This document shows, piece by piece, positions 39,679-52,039 of a stretch of DNA of 64,000 nt. A program made the translations under genes and the position numbers. Position 1 is the first letter of the stretch, and the number at the start of each line of letters is the position of its first letter. The notes below the pieces were generated by a model, which saw nothing but the letters and a program-made list of their open reading frames with translations, had not been told where the DNA came from and did no database searches. The stretch is taken from contig NMRA01000054.1 of the NCBI GenBank assembly GCA_002633005.1, positions 1,097,147 to 1,161,146 on the forward strand, read 5' to 3'. This DNA is from Phoronis australis. Lineage: Eukaryota > Animalia > Phoronida.

Positions 39679-40085
39679 TCACTTGTACGTATACCGTGAA
39701 GATTTCGTATACAGCCGTACCCCAGCCTTTAGTCTTCCACTCAATATTTCTGCTACAATACCTCTATGATAAAAAGTATTTAACTTCGGAACGAGTTTAG
39801 TTTCATAAAATTCATTGTCAAATATTCTTTGAATGAATATTTCACCTGCGACCTCAGGTAACACAGCTGCACAAAGTAATTGTGGTTGATATTCAGATTC
39901 AAAGAGGGTGGCTGCAGCTGTCTGACGTTTATGTCAATCTCGCCAAAACTGCACGAATGCAATACAGAGTCTCTAAAAAGTTCACTTGTCTGAGACTTTC
40001 CTGTTAAGCAAAAACGCTTCATTTTCTGTGCTAGTTGGATCAGCGTGTTGCCTTCCTCGTCGTACGGGCATTTCACTTCTAAATT
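39679..40085 (-). pseudogene. YqaJ-like (lambda exonuclease family) C-terminal fragment, convergent with the transposase
   Basis: The minus strand gives LEVKCPY, NHNYFVQ and IFIQRIFDNEFYETKLVPKLNTFYHRGIVAEIL, with a frameshift or deletion between them. Confidence 0.75.
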
Positions 40086-40718
40086 CTACTCACGTTGATC
40101 GGATACAAAATGCGACATGTAGCATGGCAGCAAAGAAACGAACAAAAAAAAACTCATGACAAAACAACAAACTTGAAGGAATTTCATTTCACCAAGTAAA
40201 AAGATTTCATGATGAATCAAAAGACTGAGAAATACCGACGTTTCGACGGCGACCAAGACATCCGGCAGTGATGGCGCTAGCTGTAACAACAAAACGGAAG
40301 GAGCGATCTGTTGTGAGACCAACCGAACTGGAACGAGGAATTGGCCAATAAAAAACAGATATCTGAGCAACAAATCTTGACAGATAGCACGTTAAAGATA
40401 GCATTTGGCGAGATCTACCCACACGTCGAAACATCGGAGCCATGACTCGAGAAAAATGCAAAAATTGCAAAACAGCCACCGGAGCGTTACTTTGCGTCCC
40501 ATTTCAAACTAAAACAGCAGACTTCGAGATATTGACACATATACTGTGTTTAAATTTCATGCTGATCGGATAAGTAATCTGATATTTTAAAACACCGGTG
40601 TCGCCGTCTGCAATTCGATGCCTGGGCAATGGGTCAACGATACCACCACGAGCAATGGCCGCTCATGATGCTGTTAAGTCAACTAAGTCAATAAATTAAA
40701 AGAGGTACGCAAGAGGAT

Positions 40719-41146
40719 ATATATAGATTATTACATGGCGTTATCCTCCGTATTCTAGAGCCCGTGTGGATTTGGAGAAATCCACGAGGGCTCTAGATAA
40801 GGGGGATAACGACTGAGAACATGTAATAATCTATTTATACCACATACTGAACAAGAAACATTGCAATGAATCGATCTACCTTTCTCCACTCGCCTCGGCT
40901 TTGTAACTACTTTCTATGTCAGAGGCCAGGGGTCGGAGGTCGTGACCTTTTAAGAAAAGCCGACTCGGAGATTTTTTGTCAAATAATGTTTTTATTCAAA
41001 ACCAATTGAAAATTTAAACAAAACAGAAATAAAGTGAATGTATAAATTAAGGTTTAGCAACTATTATAGCTTACTACACATTTTAGCATGCTAAGCTTCG
41101 ACCGAGAAAATATTGTCTGCTAAAGTAGGTTACCACTGGTAACTGA
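40719..41146 (+). mobile_element. Palindrome-headed non-autonomous element (Crypton-like), copy 1
   Basis: About 120-nt hairpin (atagattattacatg...catgtaataatctat) followed by about 300 bp nearly identical to 45245-45550. Confidence 0.6.
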
Positions 41147-41386
41147 GTATAATGCTCAAGTCAAAGGATCCCGACGACGCCATACCCGCATTCAAATTGA
41201 AAACCGGTGATTTACAAGTAAGAGAACATGAGAGAAAAATTTCACTGAATTAAAATATCGTTTTTTTATGGAAATTATGCGTCTTATTTTTCTTAGCGTA
41301 TAAATGTCGGTACAATGCCCTTTGTTGAATATGCAATTGTTGCGCGTGCTCATTTAAGTATTCTATTTTCACGTTCGATGACGTCA

Positions 41387-41466
41387 GCCGCTGAGTGCTG
41401 CAATGGTAAAGTCGACGACTCGAAACTCTTGCGGACTGAGTTCGAAACCTGCCTCGATTCCCGCCA
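41387..41466 (+). ncRNA. tRNA-like Pol III cassette (pseudo-tRNA)
   Basis: A-box-like TGCTGCAATGG and B box GAGTTCGAAACC; no clean cloverleaf. Confidence 0.45.
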
Positions 41467-42330
41467 AAATGTTATCTCACTGGTGAGATAACTAAATGGG
41501 TTATTACACGGTTGTATTGGCTACTCGAGCTAATATTGTGGCATAAAAGCACGTGCATCACGGAATCTGCTTCACGCACTTTTGATACAAGGCACAAGCA
41601 GTAACGAGATACAGATAAAATCACCGATTTAGCCGATTTATAAATCCGTGTATAAATAAGTTGAATGCTGGTAAAACCTTTAACATCAATAAATATCACA
41701 TTAATAGTCCAGAAATAACCTCCTGGCCTACTCAAAATCTATCTCGCAATTCAACAGCAGGTTACACGCTCATTTCATGTCGAATGTATGCCACACAAAA
41801 TCTCTAGATCATCTTAGCCAAGTACATTGCAGTCTATGAAAATACAACCAACTTCTTTGCAAACATGGAACAGCTAGGAACACCAGAGGGGTGTGAAGGT
41901 TGTTTTTATTCTTCCATAATAAATGTTTGTAAGCGGGCAAATGATTTTTAAATTTCCGCCTTAAGTCCTAACACTTCCAAACTTAAGCCTTTCAAACGAA
42001 CGTTTATGACGAAAACAAAATTCTTCAACCAGTTTTGTAAAGTCCTATACCACCTCTAGGTTACATAATGAACCAATCCCACTCCTAATGTAGCAAAAGG
42101 ATCCCGTTCATAAAGGATACTAAGTAATGTCCTTCTAAAATATCATGTGAAATGTCAAATCATATCAAGCGGTTTGGAAGTCCAGTTTTACTTTTCATGA
42201 ACTTCAGTTGCACTGCACGCAATCCTTTATGAATTTACCGTAGTTGGCTACAGACTGGCCCATTTTTATAAAAACTCGCAACGCAGAGAAACGTCTTCAC
42301 AAATTACACCCTATAGCTTATGCAGCTCTT

Positions 42331-42681
42331 GAGGAGGCGGTGTGGCCTAGTGTGATATGTGCCTGCTTTCTTTACTCGAGATCGTGGGTTCGAATCCCAC
42401 TGGGTCAAATTGCTAAACCCGTGAATCAGGTTTCAAGCTCCACAGCTCGGTTTAACTCTATATTAATAAGGCATAAAATGGTTCCAACAGATCAGTGCAA
42501 TGGGCCCACATGCGCTGCCTGTCCATGTCTGGTACAACGTGTATCATACCGCCTGCAATTATATGCAGCGCCACAGACCAGGAAGTCCAGCGAAACACTT
42601 CTACATTACAAATGTGACAGTCCTTAGTCTCAGAAAATTTGAGCACCCGGCAAAAGATAAATTCCAGTGATGATGATCATC
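42331..42681 (+). mobile_element. tRNA-derived SINE
   Basis: A box TGGCCTAGTG, B box GGTTCGAATCCC in a T-arm (gtggg/cccac), about 270-bp body, (GAT)n tail. Confidence 0.75.
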
Positions 42682-43036
42682 CACGTTGTTTATTTACTTC
42701 ACCAACGCAATTTGAAATAGTCGGTAAAATGAAGCCCATTCGAGTAAGCATCATGTGGATCCCTATGCCAACCCCAATGTGGTAGAAGCCTACAAGCTCA
42801 AGTTGCGGTCAAATCAGGATGGGGATAAATAAGGAAAATTTTCTGTGTCAACAGATTGGCCAAATAAAAATAAGATACAAAGTGTTGCTACAGTGCACAC
42901 GTGCACAATACTTGGTCTATCATTTTCCCGCCGTAATTGCATGAACCAATCAGATCACAAACGGCGCAAAGTTTTCGAAAACAAGCTTGATTCTTAGAGA
43001 GTCCTGTTGCTGCTCTATTTATTTTCAAAACTTTAT

Positions 43037-44003
43037 CATAGGCGGATTTAGTGGGGGGGGGGCAGGGGGGTCCGCCCCCCTTGGCTGCCGCAAAATAGTA
43101 AAACAGCAGAAGCGTAGGGAAATGTTGAGTTTATTAATTAACCCCGGTAATTAAAATTAGACGGATGACACAAGATTTAAATGTGTGCAGTTTTGCAGTT
43201 TTAGTGTTGAGGGGGGAGGGAAGCTCAGATCCAATATAAAGTGTCAAATTCGGAACACGGGGCAATCGTAACGGAACTATGGCTAAATATAGGCTCTCCC
43301 GCTATATCTCGGGCGACCGGCAGTGGCGCTGCGCACTACGACTCCGTTTCCGTCGTCTGCTTTACAGTGCAACGAAGAAAATTACTTCATTTTTAAAAGA
43401 AAATGGAATCTGAGTGACGATGAAAAAACAGAAGCTGCTGGTAAGATGTGAATTTTAATCGAATCCTTAGTGAATCACTCATCTCTTTGTCAAACCTTAA
43501 CGATTTCCAAAGCAATCGCGTCATTAATGCTAACACAAAAAACGGTGTATTGGGCTATTGAAGACTATTTTAAATACAACAAATTTGTTACAAACTGATT
43601 GCACAAAATATAAAAAGTATAATAAGCATTACAAAAAGCAGTAGGTTTTGCGCGGAAACGCCGAGGACCATAAGCAAGTAGGCCTCTTAGTAACAAATTT
43701 CTAGAGAAGTCGTGGTGGTGCAGTGGTAAACCACGCACGCTCTATCTGCCAGGTCGTTAGTTCGAGTCTGGTAATTGCAGTTTTTCAAGTTTGATACGTT
43801 ATCCGTGTTTTTTTTTTCCTGGATAATACTTCAGGAATCAAGGAAAATGCTTGATTTTTAGAGGAAAAAACAGAAAAATTTTCCTGGGCGGGAGGGGGGT
43901 TTGCTCCCCCCATTCGGTGCTATGCGCATCTACAATCGTGGTTTGCGCAAATGCTTACAGACAAATTATTGGCCCCTCTTGTGATATCCTTGATCCACCA
44001 CTG
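43037..44003 (-). mobile_element. hAT-like MITE, CAGTGGCGGATCTAG family (copy 3, inverted, enlarged), 5-bp TSD TTTAT
   Basis: CATAGGCGGATTTAG ... CTTGATCCACCACTG with TTTAT on both flanks; about 600 bp longer than the other copies. Confidence 0.7.
43708..43785 (+). ncRNA. tRNA-like Pol III cassette with T-run
   Basis: A box TGGTGCAGTGG, B-box-like AGTTCGAGTCT, followed by TTTTT. Confidence 0.45.
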
Positions 44004-45077
44004 TTTATTGTGGTACATTTGATTTATTTTCTGTTCAACTCAATGAGGCCACTTAATAAAAATGTATTCAACACGATTAATGCATTGTAAAAAACGAAAG
44101 TTATCTTCTATCAACATTAGACAAAATCAACACACCTCTTTCTTAAAAAATGGGTTAAAAGTTAGAAACAAAGGACACAAGTTTCCATCACTTGATTTCG
44201 GACATTGATGTTGGGGAGGAACATCAGTCTGGCGACAGAAACACGGAATCGTATGAAGGCGATGATTTTCGAAATTTGATTCGTTTTGTTGCATGTCTTT
44301 TTTTCCCTACCGTTCAGGATTACTTGAAAACCCGGGAACAAGAACTGAACGAGACAGGGTTCGTGATAACGTTGGTGAACGGTAACATCTAGTGTTACAA
44401 CTGTCATCGATATTGTCATCTTCTCTGTTTTCATTCAACCTTCCCTGGCGAAAACTTAAATGAAGAGGACCTTCGGTACTTAAGTGAGCACGGTATACTG
44501 TGTGATTCATGTTGAAATATTTAACAGTTCTTTTAAGCACCAATTCACGCTATACCTAAGGCTCATGCACAAATCGGCCCTTTTAAGGGCCACTTAACAC
44601 TTCCCAGAAGAACTGCTCACTTGAGAATGTTGAATTTTAGACATGCAAAGGTTAAACCAGTGAAATCGTTACAGAAGTGCATTTTTAATTCAAACAAAAT
44701 TAATAATTTTGTAAAACAAAAGCGTTATATAAGTATCTTTTGCATTCACAGGTACTCCTTAGAATTTGTGCACAAATATGTTTCCTTAGTTTTCTCAGTA
44801 TGTGAACCATGAATCACAATCTGTCTGATAATTATGGTGCTATTGTGCAAGCAGACGACATAATCAGTATTCACCGAAGTTTGAATTTTGTAATGAATTA
44901 GCCGTAGCATTGCCAAAAGTACTCGCAATACCAACAGTTCTATTATTGGAAGACTTTGAACAGCGTTTCAATGCCGAAATTATTTTTTTTGTTGAACTGT
45001 ACAGTAAATTAGATGCGAGAATTTCCCGTCAAAATACACAAATTTATATCACAATATTAGCCTCGAATGGCAGATAC

Positions 45078-45550
45078 ATATAGATTATTACATGGCGAAG
45101 TCGTTATGCCCCGTTATCTAGAGCCCGAGTGGATTTTGGAGAATTATCGCCCGAGGGGCGTTAGCCCCGAGAGTAATAATTGTATAAAATCCACAAGGGC
45201 TCTAGATAAGGGGGATAACGACTGAGAACATGTAATAACCTATATATATCACATACTAAACGAGAAATATTGCAATGGATCGATCTAAATTTTCTGGACT
45301 CGCCTCTGCTTTGTAACTACTTTCTATGTCAGAGGCCCGGGGTCGGAGGTCGTGACCTTTTAAGAAAAGCCGAGCTATTTTTGTCAAATAATGCTTTTAC
45401 TCAAAACCAATTGAAACTTTAAACAAAATAGAAATAAAGTAAATCTATAAATTAAGGTTTAACAACTATTATAGCTTACTACACATTTTATCACGCTAAG
45501 CTTCGACCGGGAAAATATCGTTTGCTAAAATAGGTTACCATTAGTAACTG
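45078..45550 (+). mobile_element. Palindrome-headed non-autonomous element (Crypton-like), copy 2
   Basis: Same arms and body as 40719-41146, with a longer apex (gggg-cgttag-cccc). Confidence 0.6.
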
Positions 45551-46013
45551 TATAAAAGAATTGGTTCGACTCATATTGGTTCCTTGGTTCGACCGCCCTA
45601 CGTAAGGAACTAAACACCAAAGCTATTTTAACATAATAAGTACGCGTAACATTCCAAATAATATTCAACGACCACTAACTGCAAACAATAAACACATTAC
45701 ATATGCAAATGAATCACGAGATATTCCTAATAAAACAAAATAATGTAGACTTTTCGAGCAAGCGATAGCACATTCTGTTACAAGGAAAAAATGGCGGTGT
45801 TCATGACAAGTTCCTGAACTGATGAGCCGGAAATGTGGGAATGGAAATAACCGACGACAGCCGGTAATTATACGCTCACAGAGAAGGGTCAAATACTGTT
45901 AAAAACTCGCTTTTTGCAAGAAAGCCGAAAAGAGTATAAAGAAAGGGTGTCGAAAATAAGATTTTATTTAGTAAGTATTTTCAGATACTGGAACCACATG
46001 AGCAGTTTGAGAC

Positions 46014-46413
46014 CAGGGCCCAGTCTCTAATCTTTGTACTCGAAACGAACTCGAAACTATTTTTGGCAATTTCTCTGCTCCTTTTGTGCGAACTTAAGAT
46101 AATTGGTTATCAGACTGTGCTCGAATACATTATAGTTTATGCATAGGAGTTTCTAGTTCAAGTTTGCCCTTGAAGACCCTTATATTCGTGCTACAAACTC
46201 GAGTAAAAACTCGAAATTTCGAGTTCAAACTCGAACTTATTGCTTTAATATTGGGTTTACAAACTGTGAGCAATAAACTATCTACGTAAGTTATTGTGTA
46301 CTCGAGCATAGAATAATAGACACTAATCTTGAGTTTGCCCAAAAGTAGAGTAGAAAATGCCAAACCTAATTTCGAGTTCCATTTCGAGTAAAAAGATTGG
46401 AGACCGGGCCCTG
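46014..46413. mobile_element. Harbinger/PIF-type MITE
   Basis: About 35-bp TIR CAGGGCCCAGTCTCTAATCTTTGTACTCGAAA / TTTCGAGTAAAAAGATTGGAGACCGGGCCCTG; repeated ctcga motifs inside. Confidence 0.75.
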
Positions 46414-46450
46414 GACTTTAAAAAGTGATGATCCATCATTATGTTTACAG

Positions 46451-46555
46451 CATATTTTTCCGAAAACTATTGCCACAACGCGGGATTTGAAAGCGCACCC
46501 TGGTGTTACACCACCTCCAAGACAAGATTTGAAGAGTGCGACGTTCCGGTGTGTG
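46451..46555 (+). CDS. Exon encoding the C-terminal half of a kringle domain ([34 protein letters not shown])
   Basis: tttacag acceptor, gtaagt donor, phase 1-1; NYC.N, PWCYT and C.VP.C kringle motifs. Confidence 0.85.
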
Positions 46556-46651
46556 GTAAGTTAAGCTTATACCATTCCACGCTAATCAAATACAGTCAAT
46601 CACAAGCACGTGCGTGCCTAATCGTTAAGAGGCACTGAGGGGGATGTCTTA

Positions 46652-47037
46652 CGGCGCCCGGTTGCGTGAAACAGTCCCCAATAGGGGCTCAACTAAGGTC
46701 CCTAAATCTTTTGCATATTTGTGTCGTTCTTTACTCACAGATGTAATATTTTTCTATCATTTTATCTTCATTATGAGCTCCTCTTTGACTAATGACATTT
46801 TATAAAAGTATATGTAAAATCTGAGTTCTGAATTCAATGAAAATAAACGGGGACTTAGTCCTTAAATTAGGGACGTTGCCTTGAATCAAAGCCAAAAAGT
46901 TGACTTAGTAATGACACGAAAACATCATAAAAAAAGGACTAGGCCTATCAGTGTTTTCACAAGTCCTCAATTACGCATTAGCATTAGGGACCTTAATTGA
47001 GTTCCCATTTGGGACTGTTTCATGTAACCGAGCACAG
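46652..47037. mobile_element. Harbinger/PIF-type MITE
   Basis: About 54-bp imperfect TIR: cggcgcccggttgcgtgaaacagtcccc...aaggtccctaa versus ttagggacctta...tgtttcatgtaaccgagcacag. Confidence 0.75.
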
Positions 47038-47759
47038 ATCTCTTCTCTAGATGTGCGTACATCAACTCGTTGTTTTGTATGCTGTAAAATGGATTGCCAA
47101 GAGATCGTTGATTCAAATACAACTCGCCCATAACGCGACTTGCCTTTGTTCATCATGACAGAACAAAAATTACCATGTACGTTGAATCATATAAAGGACA
47201 TTTTTGCTAGAACACATGCCTTCTCGTCCGTAATACAGAGCTTTAATGTAATTTCAAATTTTTGGTTACCGGAGAATCAGCTCAATCTTGAGAACGTATA
47301 GAGAAACCTCCAATTTCTGATGTTTTGTTAACGTGATGACTCGTTCAAATTCAAAGATTACGTATTCCCTTTGTAGGACCTTATCAACAAATCTACATAT
47401 TTTTCCAAATACCTGCAAAAGGATGGTAGGTTACGTTGAGCATGGAGCCGGGTCACTAAACGTCGGCCCTCTTCCCCCTATGCAATTGTGGCTTCAAAAT
47501 TCATTAACAAATTCAGACGGATACATTATGAATCTGAGGCTGCAATAGATATAGAAAATAGAACTGAGAATGCTTTTGTTGTCGACGAATCGGGGTCAAC
47601 ACAAACACGAGTGCCCGGTCTCAATCTCAAGAACCAGTGTGGCTAACCGAAATAGTTTGTGGTCATTTCACGGAGAATGTGACGCAGATTAAATAAAACA
47701 CTTACATAGTGGCCAACGTAGTCTCTTTCAGTATCTTTGAAGGGCAACATAGATACAAT

Positions 47760-48185
47760 GAACACCCGTACGACTAATCTACAAAAACGTGCCACTGAAA
47801 TTGGGCTACAGGCCAGGAGCAAACTTTGATTGACGGACTGTCAGAAGAACCCCAGAGCTCCTGGAAAGATTCTGAATTCGTCGTTAAGAATTTTCTCAGG
47901 AATCAGCATGGTATTGGTCAAGATATTTGTACTGTGAACCCTTGTTACTTTCTCCATAGAGAGATCTCGTCCACCTACGATTGTCATCAAATTATTATTT
48001 TTAAAGGATAAAGAACTTGTTTGGAACCATAAGTCCAGTCTCAAGAACACTGGATTCTGGGTTAATGAAGGCTATCCTTGTAGAACTAGAAAAGGCATGG
48101 GCAGGATTAAGACCATTTTGAAAGTAAAACAGGCGTACTTCAAAGATCATTAGCTTGTTGTTGACGGCACGTTTTTCACGACAGT
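47760..48185 (+). pseudogene. Degenerate LINE ORF1 fragment (RRM/CTD type)
   Basis: Frameshifted LIDGLSEEPQSSWKDSEFVVKNFL ... RPPTIVIKLLFLKDKELVW ... LKNTGFWVNE ... LVVDG. Confidence 0.6.
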
Positions 48186-48593
48186 AACGATTTACCGGTT
48201 TAACTATTCATTTACTAATGCTTCAAACTGATGCTATTGTTGGAGATGTTTTTCGATACTTTTGGAAGTGGAAGAGCTCATAACAGGTTCACCTGTCTTG
48301 TTGTCCACTGAGTCGTGGCGGCATGTGTTCTTCATGTAGTGTTTACTTGTATGGTAGCCGTACTCAATTACTCCTGTGAATGTTACGATTGCATCCCTGT
48401 TTCTAAAAAAATTCAACTGTGTATCTATCACTCACGATGCATTACACTCGGGACATTTCATGGAATTTTTTGTCTTAATGTAGACCAAAATAGGACTAAC
48501 TTAAGAGCAAAATGTCTTAGCTCCGTCTCATGAAGTTTTTAAGACCGTAATCCACTAAATGTCGCCCTATCATCTTACTTTACCTTCCTTCAG

Positions 48594-48878
48594 AGGTTCC
48601 AGGATGCTACGCTGACCAGCTATTTAATCGCGACCTTCAATATTTTGCGTACGCCGGCGAAAAGAACAGCCGCTCCTTCTGTAGAGAGGAGTGCAAGAAG
48701 AAACAATTCGCTTTTGCCGGGGTTCAGAACGGTGACAGTTGCTGGTGTGGAAATTACTACGCCAAGTATGGTCCACTCAAACCCTTCGAATGTGAACAGG
48801 TGCGGTGTAAAGGAAATAGCAATGAATTCTGCGGTGGCTACTTGCGGAACTACGTTATGAAGAGCGGTTACGTTTTGC
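48594..48878 (+). CDS. Exon encoding a WSC domain; with the upstream kringle exon it forms a Kremen-like kringle-WSC protein
   Basis: ccttcag acceptor, gtaagt donor, phase 1-1; VPGCYADQLFNRDL...FCREECKKKQFAFAGVQNGDSCWCGN...CEQVRCKGNSNEFCGG has all 8 WSC cysteines and no stop. Confidence 0.9.
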
Positions 48879-50023
48879 GTAAGTATTTATTGCGCCAGTC
48901 GACGAATTCAAACAACTAAAACCACTATCTGTGAATCCGTCGGTTCCATCTCCATCTTAACACCATTTCTGGTTTTCAGCATGTTTTCTAATCTTAACTT
49001 AATTTGGTTGTGACTCTGACTTCAGCGAACATTCTTGTTCTCTGCCCCGACCCTGTCTACGTACGCCAAGAAGACAACTGATACAGATCATCAAGGAGCC
49101 CTTTTATCAAAGTACACTGGAGTAATTTCTCGCTGTGTTTTTTCGTTCTGTTTTTGAAATTGTGTATTTTTTGATGGGAATTCTAAGTCTTGAACGTTGC
49201 CTAAAGACGGCATGCATAGTTACTCTTTTCCTGTTGTTCTTATTCCCTTTTTCTTAAGAGGCTTCTTGCGGAGGGGGCCCAATGATGGAAACAATTGCCT
49301 CTCATTTCATTTTTCTGTTTGCACAAACCTTTTATGTTAAGGCTTCAGAAAGTGATGGAAAGAGGTTGACCAAATGAGCAACTATGACTATTTACTAGTT
49401 TCTCGTAAATGATATAACCTTTCTATTAGAGTATTTGAGTAGCCTGTCACTCTCTCAAACGGGGTCCAGTTTCAGAGGGTCATTCGGGGCAATAGGGCCG
49501 TCTCGAATTACACAGTAACATTCAAACCTCACTTTATTTATCCTCAATAGTGCAACATACGTGCCATTGGAGTTTCACATGTTTTTTGTTGTTGTATTCT
49601 TTACACGTTTTGTCCGTCCATTGCCAGTAAAGTATTGCTACTTTTTGAGCTTCAATTTTTGGATAAACTCGACAAATATCCGCAGATGCGTAGTGGTTCT
49701 TCGCTTTCCGGACATTAATCAAGAACAAAAAAATGCGGAGCGAGTCGATAAAGCAAGTTCGACGGGTCAATTTCGAACCGAATAGAATCCCCCTTCTTGG
49801 AGATACCTTTTCAATTCCGGTACTTTTAATCGGTTGAAATCGCATAATGTGTCCGCGGCTTTACACCTCGACGGTTTTCGACGTAACCTGTGGAAAAGTG
49901 CCTAACATTTTAAAACTAGGTGAAAGAAAAGAACGCGCTCTTTCACCTCCAAGACAAAGGAGAGTCCTATCGCTGTGTAATCCGAGACGACCATATTGCC
50001 CCCTTGCCCTCTTAAAACCAGGC

Positions 50024-50268
50024 ACTGTAAACTGTTAACGAGATAAGAAGTACAAGACCACTATCTATGTTCATGTGAATCGCATCAGCAAAAACAGCCA
50101 AAACACTAAAAACTGTTAATGAGGTAAGAAGAACAAAACCACTATCTATGTTCATGTGAATCACAGCAGCAAAAACAGCCAAACAACTGTAAACTGTTAA
50201 CGAGGTAAGAAGAACAAAACCACTATCTATGTTCATGTGAATCACAGCAGCAAAAACAGCCAAAACAC
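50024..50268. repeat. Minisatellite, three units of about 81 bp
   Basis: aaactgttaa.gag.taagaag.acaa.accactatctatgttcatgtgaatc.ca.cagcaaaaacagccaaa occurs three times. Confidence 0.9.
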
Positions 50269-50599
50269 CTAAAACGAAGCTATGATAATACATCAACAAT
50301 AGCATTGAACGCTGTCAACAGGTACAAGAACTAGACAGATAGTTGTGAGTTATACCATGGTAATATTCTCAAAGGTTTTTCAACGTGGGAAACCCGCCCT
50401 TTCTTGAACACAAAAAAGATTCCAATTACATGAGGCTACCACAGAAAAATTACCGTATCGTAGCATTGTTTCAGTAACGTCACTTCTTCTGAACCCTTCT
50501 GTCTGGAATTCGTTTAGAAACTGAAGGCACTTCTGTGAAAGAACTTACCTTTCAGACCTACTGACCACAGCGATTTATTCGTGGATTACAAAAAATAAT

Positions 50600-51950
50600 T
50601 TGATAGGTTCTGAAGGCTTGGCTTAACGTACAAACTTATAAAATACGATGTAAATGGAAATATGTATAAAATGTTAGCGAATATGTATGAAAGTGTTAAA
50701 TCATGTGTTATGTTAGGCAAGTTTGGAAATGTTACGTACAAACTTCTCTATACAGTTGGAATGAGACAATGTTGTCATTTATCTCCTTTTTGTTAACGTT
50801 ATTTACTAGTGATCTAGAAAGATGTAATGTGAGGGATGTAGTCTCTAGTGTCAGCATTGGTTTGTTAAAGTTGTATTTTTGCCGACAACTTGATATTATT
50901 TGCTGAAACAATTTTCAACATACAAGAAATGATAAATAATTTAACAAAATATTGCAAAATGTGACAATTATCAATTCATTTGTCGAAGACGAAGATTATC
51001 GTATTAGAAGATACTATGAAAAGTGGTTTCTTGAGGGAAATCCTACTGAAATCACATCTGAATATAATTAACTTGGTAATTAAGTTGCAAAGGAATTTGG
51101 CCGGGTGTTCAAAAAGTTTAACAGAACAAGCATCGAAAGCACTGACATACCAGTTGAGATGTGGCTTAAATTATTTGACTCCAAGGTATCAACTTTTGTT
51201 CTTTATAGAGCAGAAATAGGGGGTCATCACATGGGTGACGATAGTGAAGTTATGCATAATAACATTGCAGTCAGAGGTGACTATGAAGGCACATGTTTAG
51301 TAAAATGATGTAATACTGGTTTAAGCCTTTGAAGTGTTCGGAAAATAGGTGTGCTGTTCTTTTTAATGCAAGATGGGTGAATTAGGTAAAGGGTGCTTGG
51401 CACTTAAAGTTAAAGTATTTTAGTTTTGCATGGTTTAGAAATTGCTTGGTGCTCCAAAGGAGTTGGAGATGAGACTGTATGTTTTCAAACGTTTAAAACC
51501 TTTTTTAACAGCGCTGTAATGACGTTAAACATCAGATGTGGCAAGAAAGCGTATCCTTGTTACGAACGTTAGATGTATACATAATTATTCAAGACGACAC
51601 TCGTGTTAGAGCATTATGTTTCAAACCTAAAATGTGTTATTTGCATAAAAACACTGGTGAGATTTCGATGTGCAAATCACTTGTTGATGGTTGAGATAGG
51701 ACGATACCTAAACTTCCAAAAGAGATTATGCCCCTGTTGAGATGAAAGTTACTGAGAACGAATACCATTTTTGTTAGTATCCCCTTCGTATGTGGACTTA
51801 GGACAAAAATTTAGCATTCCTGTTGCAGTAATTAAATGTTCCATTTGTTTTTCGTCGGTTGGTGAGTTGAAGAGATATTTCATAACCAAGGTATCCAAGA
51901 TCCTAGTTTATGCTGCTTTGTTTTTTTTCTCTCGTTTTAACCAACATGTG
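50600..51950 (+). pseudogene. Highly degenerate LINE ORF2 3' part (end of RT and C-terminal zinc-finger region), L2/Daphne-like
   Basis: Fragments YKL...VNGNMYKMLANMYESVKSCV, LSPFL, ADNLILFAE, SKTKIIV, RFRCANHLLMVEIGRY and ENEYHFLL, with many stops. Confidence 0.75.
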
Positions 51951-52039
51951 TGTGTGTGTTTGTGTAGTGTGTTTGTTTCTGTAAAAAGGGTCGGTGGTCT
52001 AATTACAGTAAAGAAATCGCCACTGACCCCCCGGCTATA

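Noticed and set aside
44162-44400. Possible upstream exons of the kringle-WSC gene
   Set aside because: Open frames and one plausible acceptor, but no kringle cysteines and no reliable phase link.
45830-45900. GNYTLTEKGQ resembling the first half of a kringle
   Set aside because: Needs frameshifts and lacks splice sites and the conserved Cys and Trp residues.
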